Source of the DNA: Parasitella parasitica NRRL 2501
Lineage: Eukaryota; Fungi; Mucoromycota
Reading direction: 5' to 3'
Assembly: GCA_025201805.1 (NCBI GenBank)
Contig: MU619272.1
Span: 134,105 to 198,104 of the forward strand
Length of the DNA: 64,000 nucleotides
This document shows positions 1-11,722 of the stretch, one piece after another. Within the stretch, counting starts at the first letter, position 1; every line of letters begins with the position of its first letter. The notes under the pieces are model-generated. The model saw nothing but the letters and a program-made list of their open reading frames with translations, was not told the origin of the DNA and did no database searches. The position numbers and the translations under genes were made by a program.

Positions 1-614
1 CACTACTGTTACAAGGTCCAAGAGGTATATACTTTTCTCTAGTTTTCGTAAATTCAGTAAACTCTAACTGTTATTTTTGTAACTTACAACAGAAAAAACA
101 AAGCTTGTTTTGAAGTAGGTGACAAAAGTAAGATGCCTCTGGTGGTCTTTGGTGACGGGTTAAAAAACAAAGATCATATAAAGTTCAGAGGTTCAAGACA
201 CGATGTTTCGAACAAAATATACAAGCAACTACAAGCAAGAGAAAGAATTGGTGAACTATTACTTGTAGATATTAATGAGTTCAAAACATCGAAGGCTATT
301 AAGGAAAAAACACACATAATTCACATATTGCACTTTCAACTAAAACCGATTATTCATAGATCTGCAATAACTGTCTCAAAGAAGATCTGGAGAATTTCAA
401 GGAAAGCCATGACAACGAAGAAACCAAAATCCATCAGGTATTGAAGTGTAAATCTTGCAATATTTACTGGAATCGCGATGCCATGGCCTCGAAGAACATG
501 CTCACCATTGCCACATCAATTTGGTGTGGAAATGGCCGCCCCCAGGTCTTCAAAAGACATACCGCCACCTCCAATGTGGTTGTTGCTGCTCACTCCGGTG
601 AGTCAGCAACTTAA
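1..614 (+). CDS. Fanzor (TnpB/OMEGA-family RNA-guided RuvC nuclease), 3' portion, intron-containing; 5' part lies outside the window
   Basis: Splicing 25-92 (GT-AG) and 295-359 (GC-AG) gives ...TTVTRSKRKNKACFEVGDKSKMPLVVFGDGLKNK...LLLVDINEFKTSK|ICNNCLKEDLE...VLKCKSCNIYWNRDAMASKNMLTIATSIWCGNGRPQVFKR...SAT*. This contains the RuvC-II E-x-x-TSK-x-CxxC, a second CxxC, and the RuvC-III W-N-R-D motif of TnpB/Fanzor. Stop TAA at 612-614. Confidence 0.88.
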
Positions 615-668
615 AGATATTGCAGGTAAGAAGCTGTAACAATTCTGATTCTTCTGAAAGATACTAAC

Positions 669-790
669 ATTGTCTCCATGTTCGTACTCATGTCCGTGAC
701 CCATTTTTGTAATCGTGTCCCAACTCAACATGGAAATGGCCAAAATTTATTTTCATTGGCCCAACCTAGTTTCGTCAACTGTACAACGTT
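669..790 (+). ncRNA. Candidate Fanzor omega-RNA (scaffold about 669-766 plus flanking guide)
   Basis: Directly 3' of the Fanzor stop, where omega-RNAs are known to lie. 8-bp stem TCCATGTT(675-682)/AACATGGA(727-734), then 6-bp hairpin GGCCAA(738-743)/TTGGCC(756-761), then CTAG. Boundaries are inferred. Confidence 0.5.
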
Positions 791-918
791 ATATCTCTTT
801 AAGAAGGAAGCACTGGACTTGAAACAAATTGTTGAAGATCATGTGCAAATTCAAACCCCCAACTATAAAAAGTGTTTAGCCCATTTATCTAAATTGTACA
901 ATCTTTTAGCTATACAAA

Positions 919-2972
919 ATGTCATCAAAAGGCAAACAATTAGTGATGGAAATCACAATTGCTGTCGCTTTTCTTGTCGCTTTGTTTGGGTATTATCTCA
1001 ATTATAAAGGAAGATGGATTTTAAGTCTACTATGCTACTTGACATCCGTGTTTATACTATCTGTACCTCTTGTCATGTACATTAGCTTCAAAACTATTCA
1101 ATATTTTATGCCATTTATCACGAGTTCATTAACTCGAATCAATCAGCGACTAATGCCAATAGCCAACTATTTATCGCACCACCAGATTCTCGGTTCATTG
1201 ATAGGTATATTCATCAAGAGCCAATTTTTCATGTGGTTCATGGTATTGTTGATGAGTGATCAGGCGATTCGCATTGCGATGGGAAGATTTGCAGGTCTAC
1301 ATGCGTCAAATCAATATCTTTGTAGGTTTTTCCACGACTTGGTTTTTTTTTTTTGCTGACAACTGATTCAAATAGCTTTGATTAACGTGGGCAATAGCCA
1401 ATTTTTTAAATCAATACACCAAGAACTGGATGAGTCATCAACCAACGATCAAAAGGGGCACGAGCACAGATTCGCCAACTATGGAGAAAGTAATCCTGAT
1501 TTCAAGCAGCCTCATTATTCGTTGTCTGTTGCGCATTCATTATCTGTAGCAAGCAAATTAGCATATGAAGATGTTGCTGTGGTCCATTATGAGTTGGAAA
1601 AGGCTGGCTATGATGTTCAGCACACATTTAAAGCTCTCGGGTACAAGGTTCGTTTCATTTGATTTGACGTGAAAGTATTCATCAATATCTCATCTCTATA
1701 TAGAATGTTTGTGCTTTCGCTGTTGAAAAAGACAATGCTGTTTTGTTGGTTTTTAGAGGGTAGGAGTATGCACTTTTTATTTATAAGTACAACGTTGATC
1801 TAATCAATTATCAGGACAAATCCATTGAATATTCAAAACTATGTCACTAATGTGGACGCAGGCTTAGCCCAAGTATCCTCTTTGAAATGTTACATGGGCA
1901 AGGTACACAGAGGCTTTTGGGATGCAATGGGGGCATCAGAAATTTCTGATTCACAACGATCTTCTCGAGAGCAATCGTTTGAATCTGATATTCATGTCAA
2001 CTTAAGCAGTGCTTCTTTATATCAACTGCTTGCAACGTCTATTCTTGGAATTATGCGTATTATAAGGACACTTTCGATTAATATATTCGCAAATGTGCTT
2101 GATCCTATTGACGCCAGCTGGGTGAGACATAGCTCAGCCGCCACTATTCGATACCAAAGTATGTATACACAATCAGAGGAATTCATATTGGAATTATTTA
2201 AGGATCCAACTGCTATGGATGTTGGAAAGAAAAAGAAGTTTTATATCACAGGGCATTCACTAGGCGGCGCCCTTGCAACAGGTATTAATACTATAATAGT
2301 ATATGTAATGTATAATAAAAAAGACCTAACATTACATTTCATTAGTTTTTCTGGCTAAAATGATTCAAAAAGAGAGCCCTCTTCTTGAGCACTTTGAAGG
2401 TTTATATACTTACGGCCAACCCAATATTGGAGATCAAGACTTCAGTAGAGCATTTACTCCAGACATCACCTGTAAAATATTCAACCACGTTTATAACAAT
2501 GGTTAGTTTACCAAGACTGAGGAAAATGCATCAAGCAACTGACTGACACATAATTGTTTATCTAGATATTGTACCTAGAATCCCTTACTGGTATAGTCCA
2601 CCTCCTGGTACCTTGGTGTTTATAGATTCATCATACAAAATGTGCTTATACCCGCCGAATCAAAAGACACAAGAACCCATCCCTCTTCGAAGCATCTCTT
2701 ATCTCCATCTGTCAGGTTTATTGAATAAGCATGTCATATTGAGACTAAGATCAGAAACAACCATCCGCATTCTGTTTCGTATTTTGCTTCCATTTTTCAT
2801 TAACGATCATTTTCCTTCTGATTACAGCGATGCCTTGTTCTCCGCTTCCATTAAATGTGTCATTTTAGGCCAAAATGAAGCAGGCTACGATGAGGAAGAC
2901 GAGCAAACAAAGACTTTTCCCTCGTCCATACGCTATAAGCTGCAAATTGCACAAGAAGAAGAAAGCCACTGA
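919..2972 (+). CDS. Lipase class 3 family protein with hydrophobic N-terminal segments (multi-exon)
   Basis: KVHRGF, ITGHSLGGALAT nucleophile elbow, YTYGQP, NDIVPRIP and NDHFP motifs across ORFs 919, 1378, 1825 and 2613 joined by GT-AG introns. Confidence 0.9.
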
Positions 2973-3143
2973 TAGAATTAGCATTTACACATATAATAGA
3001 TTATGCAATGTGTGCGTCTTATTTATAACCTTTAGACTGTGATGATATATCCTGTAAACAAATAAAGATACGTACTGCTCAAGCAGAAAACGTTGTCTTG
3101 ATGATTGGATTATAATGTTTTTAATGATATTTTTGTGTAACAA

Positions 3144-3718
3144 TCAACATTTAGGAAATGTAGAATTGTCCACTGTTACAGCCACAGGCACAATGATTTT
3201 ATCCTGTGCGTTTCCTGTTGGCTCAGCTATGGATCCGTTGGCTGAAGTAATGATGTTGTAAACAGGCGTAAATATAAATGAGAAATCATACGCGGTAGGA
3301 GGATATCTTGAAAAGAAATGGCAATTGGGCACTCTGAAACTGTCTTTACGTTGGACATTTTGATTTCCACCTGGGTAAGGCTTTGTGTTTAAGCCCGAAG
3401 ATACCTGCAATGAAAGCATATTTGTGCTGTTTGCATGTTCCGTCCACACAAAATCAATACTGAGAGAATCTGGATAGTAATTGTTTAAGGGAGGATTTGC
3501 TACCATTTGTATGCTGCATATTAGATGATTGATATTGATACTCAAATCTTGATTGACAACTTACTTGTTTGTGTCCCAATGACCGTATATGTAACGTTCA
3601 AAAGCTCTTTGTTGTATATATTCTCGCTAATCTTGGGTATATCTACGTTAATAAAGTTTTGGGCATGAACGGCAATCGATAGTAATGAGCTAAAAGCTGT
3701 TGCAAAGGAAAACTTCAT
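3144..3718 (-). CDS. Small secreted protein of unknown function (2 exons)
   Basis: ATG at 3718 gives signal peptide-like MKFSFATAFSSLLSIAVHA-Q; one intron joins it to ORF 3144-3545. Confidence 0.75.
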
Positions 3719-3842
3719 AATTGTATGAAAAGTTTAATGTAAAAAAAAAAAGAGCAAGAAAAAAAAAAAGAAGATCAAGAATAAAGGCAAACCGACCTAA
3801 GTATAAATATAACAATAGATTTGTATTCGTGTAACATATCAT

Positions 3843-5245
3843 CTAAAGAGGAATATTGGCATTCAACAAACACAGCAGGGCAATACTCTCGCCAAAATAA
3901 GTTGAATCTATTTGCTTCATTTCTCTTTGAATCTGGTCAAGCTGAACATTCCACCCAAGCAGCCAGAACAAGAAGCTAACTGGAGCGACAAATGCCATGT
4001 CCGTATAATCGACGTAGCATGTGCCATTTAAATGATAGCCTGCCTTAATTCCACAATCTCCATCTCCTCGAGCAAGTTGGCCTGCAAAAAAATGCGCCTG
4101 AGTTTCAAGAAGATGCCTTACTCGTTCATCTCTGGTCAGCATGTAGTAATGACCGATACGCCAAGGCACGCGACAGGAATTCCAGTTGTAACTCCCGTCA
4201 TGTTCGCTCTCTAGCACTTGTCCTCGAGCAGGGTAATATAGTCCACTATTTTGATCCAATTTAAGAAAGTCGGCAATGAGCCCTGTCTGAGGATTAAGAG
4301 ATAGTTGACCTACAACACAATTGATAATAGCAGTAATCACTTCTCCCCATTTCTCTTTACGGTCTACATCTTCCTAAAAGTATGGATTTGTTGTCATCGG
4401 CAGATTTACTTGCTCCGCTGCAGATATATACTTACATTGTAAAAAATTAAATATCCACTCAAGATGAAATCGCTGGGTCTTGTAAGCAAATAAGCATCAT
4501 CCCCTGGATCTGCCCAATCGCCAATCAAGGGCATATGTGTTTGAGGATGTATACAGTGTTGGTAGATACAGGCTGCTAATTCTGTAGCAGCCTGACGATA
4601 ATCAATTTCTCCATGCGGTCCTCCTCTATTCCAAATCTTGGCTGCAACAAATAGCGCAGTACAAATATCAACATCGCCATCAGTTGCACAGTTATGACCA
4701 CCCTCGTCGCCTGGTATGAATCTTCCATGATGATCTGCCTTCTGTTGCCATCTAGAAATGCGCACGTTTGATGTTAGACTCATTTGCTCTCTCTTTACTC
4801 AAGGATACATTACTGCATCAACCCTTTGTTATTTCTAAACCGAGAATAATATCTAAAAAGACCTATACATAACGGCATATTATAAGTTTTTTCGTTAGTC
4901 TGATTTAACGATATAATATAGTGGGTGCTTTGTAAGCATACACTACGTTACCATCGAAATCTTGTTGATTACGTTTGGATACGGCAATAAGCATGCCATA
5001 ACCTATTCACAACTCTTAATATGAAACTCAACTGAAACATTCATAAATACTACACATATGTACCATGGGCTTCGGAACAGGTCATTTCCTTCAAGTTTTC
5101 TGTGGGCTCTTTGTAATATACATATAAACCGTCTTCATAACTTCTCAGATATCTAGATTTTGCTCAGTTAAAGTTTTTTTGGTATTTTGCAGTCGAGGGC
5201 TTGCCTGTTTCTCCAAGTTACATAGGTCTGTTCCAAGTCAGACAT
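3843..5245 (-). CDS. Glycoside hydrolase family 8 (chitosanase/licheninase-like), multi-exon, no signal peptide
   Basis: GH8 motifs TCSEAHGYGMLIAV, ATDGDVDI, TRPSDF, GLIADF, YNWNSCRVPWR. First intron 5204-5153 is GC-AG. Confidence 0.88.
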
Positions 5246-7380
5246 GGTTTCTTAATCGTGAAAATTATTTGTTCTAGGGAGGAAAAGAAAAGTTGGTGAA
5301 TCTAGGTACCCAGATATAGTAATTGTGGCGGTAGGAAAACCGCGTCTTGAGGACTTCGTTCGAAAGGAAATATAGACCATTCATACGCCAAGTATTTGGG
5401 TAGACTTTTCTCATTTTGTGCCTAAAGTAATTATATTACTTTGGGTGTAGTACAATTATGCATATCCCTTTAATTTTTGCGTTTCAAGCTTGACATGTTT
5501 AATCTTGCACACTTCAGCAGAAGCAGGTTTCATTGATATCTTTTACATTTAGAATCGCCCCGAGTATTACCGTAACAGAATTGACTTGCCAGGAACAATT
5601 TACTGCTGGCAAATATTTTAAATTAAGAGTAGTTTATCAAGCGTTTCATTTAGAAAGTAGTATTTAGCATGATGAATTACATGGTTATTTATACTGATTG
5701 GTGGTTGTGTGAGACCTAGAAGATAGAAATTTACGTATGGAATAGTAATGTCCCTCACTCTAATGGGGGGTACACTGCTCACACTTGTAGCGGGCTGTCT
5801 CATTATGCTAATCAAAGATTTTTTTTATAAGAAATCGCATGATTTATTGAATACTTCAATTTAATACAGGTCGAATGGCTCGGTTGGATCGGTAACATTC
5901 GATGAATTCATAACACAATCCCTTCTATGATTTATTCTATACTGTAAAGCGGAACTTGCCAATGAATGATTCACATTCATAATGATTATTAGCTAATTAA
6001 ATATAAACAGATCTTGCTCTGACTAATGCACTTTTATAATCTTTATTGAGAAGACTTATTCTAAATAAACAGACAAATTCCTATCAATCATAAATATTAC
6101 TAGTTTGTATCTGGTAATAGACTAATATATTTATTAGTCAATCATTTCTGTTGATGGCTTCTATATTCATGAAGGATAGAAATGCTTCTATTCCATAGAG
6201 CTGGTTTCTCGCTATATTCAGTAAGCTCGATCACAGTTTTACAGCTTCTTTAGAATAAGTTATGGACAAACATTGGAAATTATGAAAACGAAAAGTGGTT
6301 TTGTACATGATTGCAACGAAATGATACCAATTATAATATCAAAATATGTCCTTAATAAAATGCATTACATGATCTCAAACCTTACTCGCATTTAGATGAG
6401 TTTATCCTCATTAGATACCTGATATTAGGATTGATGAGGATCAGCTATGATGATTCACAATTTACAACTTCAGAATCAGTAGTGTCATAATAGTGCTTCA
6501 CAAAATAATGCTAGAGCAAGTACCACTCGAAGTCAAAAATCTCTTTGAGCCAGCCTAAGCCAATAAAAACACGTGATTTTAAATTTAAACCTCCGACACC
6601 AAAAACGCGAAAGTGTTTTTGCAGATAACTTTTGATAGAGACATTTCCCAGTGGAAATCAAGTTATGCTCAGATAGCGATGATCATGCCTGTACTTATGG
6701 CGCATAAGACAGTGTTTATTTCGCTGTTTATCAAAGCCTATGATGAATTATATGCAATTCTGATATGTAAATTTGTGACATCATCTGCTAACTTTATAGA
6801 TATCCATAAAAACATGGATGCCAATATTGTTTCCAGATAGCGCCAAGTCAATGCTAAGTTTTCCAAGTTAGATCTCGGATGTGAGGATATTTCAGCATAC
6901 TAGGCAGTATTTCTATGTGGTAAATTTTAAAATAGAAACCGAAAAACATAATTGTAGCCTTTAACTCAATAAACTGAGGCTCTCATCTCAAAACAATTGG
7001 CAGTAATTTTTGTTTTTAGCCCTAAGAATGCATAATACAAATCATTTTAGAGTGTGCGATGTTTCATTAGTACGATATTTTGTCCTGCGTCGATTTTAGG
7101 ATTAAAGTAATCACGGTATACTGTTTACATTTCTTTGTTATATAGTAGACATTTGGCCCCAAAAAATAATTCTGCGCTGTTGTTGTGTTCTCCGAAAACT
7201 AAACTCTTTGAGTACAAAGTGCTCATATGCGTGCTCCTTCCCTTTATTTATTACATTTACATGTTTCAAACTTCTTGGAATTAATGATCACAGTCAATGG
7301 ATTGACAAGAAGAAAGAATTCGTCATTTCTGTGCAGATATCTTGGGAAAACGGCCGCAGAGCAATTGAGCGGTATATTCA

Positions 7381-8428
7381 TCATGGGGATGTTTCTTGAA
7401 CATTTGTGCTTTTTTCGCTTCGGAAAGAGGACCTTCCTATTCTAGGATGATAAGCAGATTGATTCTGTACAATGGTTGGTGGAGGAGGTATGAAACCTTG
7501 CACAGTTAATGGAGAAGGTGATGATGGCGAGGCAGTTGCGACGATCGGAAAGTTTCTTCTACTTAGTAGAGAACCTTTGATACTACGAATTTCACTTTTG
7601 ATATTTTGCACTATCAAAGAATGATTTGCATCTGCTTGATAATGATCAGCATATGACGCTGCCAGCCCTTTCTGATAATTGAATTGGTTGCGAGGATCTG
7701 AATTCGTTATTAAAGTATTATTCGATAAAGAATTAATAAGGCGCTTCAGAGTTAACCTCAATGATTTGTAGGGTGGATCGCGTTCTTGCTGAAGTCGTTG
7801 AACAGACTGTGACAAACGATCAAGAGAACTGTCTAGTGTTTCTTGTGCCATTTTTAAATCATCAGATTTAGTAGAATGACTTAATGTGGAGCCAATGCGA
7901 TTCAAGAGATGAGTGTGTTGTCGGTATCTATTACTTTGATATCCGGCAATGGCGTCGAATAAGTTTGACATGTATTTCTACTTGACAATAGTTTAGTATA
8001 AACACTCTCGCATAGTGTCAGATTTGCTTTACTTTGACGATTGATACAAGAGTAACTGTTATAGCAAAAGAACCCAGACCCACACTCAAAACATAACGCA
8101 GCAACTGTCCATTTGTCATGCGCAAAATGGGTGCTGGTGGATAATAGACTATTTTTGTAGGATTATATGTAATTCTAGGGGGTAAGCGAGGAATCTCGGC
8201 TGTTGTCTATAATGTCTGTGTATCAATTATGTGGAAAAAAAACACACACACAAACACACAGTCTATTACCTGTTTCAATAATGGCTCAACCCGTTTAAAT
8301 GCCTCTTCGATTTCTTGATCGTTGAGCCCTTTCTTTCTGAGAAATTCTGCTTTTTTGAATCTGTCTGCTGTCTTTACGTTAGCAGATGAAAGAAACGATA
8401 CAGCCGACTTGATTAATTCCTCCTTCAT
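7381..8428 (-). CDS. PEX14: Pex14 N-terminal domain protein (peroxisomal docking protein-like)
   Basis: MKEELIKSAVSFLSSANVK...KAEFLRKKGLNDQEIEEAFKRV is the Pex14_N signature, followed by a hydrophobic exon and a coiled-coil region; 3 exons. Confidence 0.78.
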
Positions 8429-8795
8429 TTATATTGATATGAAAGAAAGAAAAAAGATGAAATAGGTATCAGAATAAACGAATATGCCAAAGGTCAGCAT
8501 AAAAGTGACTGATTTCATCTTGCTTCAACGACAATAACTGCAACAATATTCAACAAGCTTGAATCGAGCAACGTACATAAATGAAGGAATTCAAGAGGGT
8601 AGCCGTTGTTGAACAAGCTTTTTCAATTCATATCTATTTGCAGTGATTTTAAGTAATATGTTTTGCCTCAACACTTTCACAACAAGAGCCATATTCGTCA
8701 GGATGAAATAAAATCTTATTTTTTTTACTCCCTTTTTTCGTTTTCGTTTTTCTTTATTTTCATTTCTTTCTTGTAAATACTTATTGTTTGCTCAA

Positions 8796-9937
8796 ATGGT
8801 GGCGCTTGATCTCGATGCTTGCTTGGAACGATTGTACAAAAAACAACTACTAGCAGAATGTGTTTTAAAAGAGATTTGCGAAAGAACAAAAGAGCTACTC
8901 ATGTCTGAAAGTAACGTCGTTCATATCAGTGCGCCTGTAACTGTCGTTGGCGATATTCATGGGTAAATTAGGCTAATCACAATTAGATGCATAAACATTG
9001 ATTATCAGAATAGACAATACTATGATTTGATTGAAATTTTTCGTATTGGAGGATATTGCCCTGATACAAACTACCTTTTTCTGGGAGATTATGTCGACAG
9101 AGGATTATACAGTGTAGAGACAATATCACTTTTAACCTGCCTAAAGTTAAGATACCCAGATCGTGTTCAACTTGTGAGAGGAAATCATGAATCAAGAGCT
9201 GTGACCCAGGTATTATGTGTTTTGATGAGTATTTGCATAAATTTGACAGCCATATGTTAGACGTATGGATTTTATGCCGAGTGTATACGCAAATATGGAT
9301 CTATGCAAGTATGGAAATACTTTACAGACATGTTTGACTATTTGACATTGTCTGTTGTTGTTGATAATAGCATATTCTGTGTTCATGGAGGTATATAACG
9401 CAATGTGTGGGGTTATGATGAATTGCTGATGTATTTTACAGGATTATCGCCCACAATCCATGTTCTCGATCAGATAAGAATCATTGATAGATTTAAAGAA
9501 ATTCCACATGAGGGTGCCATGGCAGATTTAGTTTGGTCGGACCCAGATCCAGATAAGGAAGAGTTTGCCATTTCAGCAAGAGGAGCAGGATACACATTTG
9601 GAAGCTTGGTTGTGGACAGATTCCTACATCTAAATAAAATGGACCACATACTAAGGGCACATCAGCTTTGTAACGCAGGTTATCAGGTCTTGTTTGATGA
9701 TAAGTTATCCACTGTTTGGTCTGCTCCCAACTATTGCTATCGTTGTGGCAATCTAGCTTCAATTCTTGAGGTTAGTGTATCTGGCGAACGATTCTTTAAT
9801 GTATTTGATGCTGCTCCCGAAAATGATAGAATAATAGATACCTCGAATATGCCGATAAAGGTAATCCAACGCAGCTATCTCACGAAATGCATACTGAACT
9901 TTCTCAACAGGAAAATAAAATAGAATACTTTCTGTAA
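8796..9937 (+). CDS. PPG1: PP2A-like Ser/Thr protein phosphatase (Ppg1 type)
   Basis: GDIHG, GDYVDRG, RGNHE, RAHQ and [11 protein letters not shown] motifs; N-terminus [11 protein letters not shown]; last exon ends EYFL*. Confidence 0.88.
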
Positions 9938-10073
9938 TCTTAAGAGCACCTTGAAGGCGGACTCCAATCAACCAACTACTTTCAAACAAAATAATAAAAT
10001 TACATCAACTACGATTGCCTGCTTTAAACTTTTCTTCTCGTTTGCTTTTTTTTTTATATACATATATGGAACT

Positions 10074-11533
<1,460 letters not shown>

Positions 11534-11722
11534 GCGACTGCACTTTCTCGTAATTAATTCGTTAATAAAAGATGATCTCGTTGTCTGCATGTACAAATTG
11601 GCAGCTGGAGATCGATGTCCCGAGACCCCCATTAAACAGTGACTGCAAAGAGTAACATAAGACAAGCAAAAGCTCAATTTCATTCTTCTCTTGTTTCTTC
11701 ATTTCCTTTGAAAGTAACTTGA

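Noticed and set aside
133-444. ORF-track 103-aa protein as a stand-alone gene
   Set aside because: It is an internal Fanzor exon read through into an intron and then a wrong frame.
678-1007. 109-aa ORF
   Set aside because: No recognisable motif; it overlaps the candidate omega-RNA and the lipase start in another frame.
5869-5905. tRNA-like start GGTCGAATGGCTCGGTTGG
   Set aside because: Resembles an A-box but has no T-arm/B-box or acceptor stem; only a 7-bp TCGAATG/CATTCGA hairpin.
6540-7200. Possible TE-terminal non-coding sequence (also 15730-15960)
   Set aside because: Impression only; no TIR, TSD or second copy could be shown in this window.
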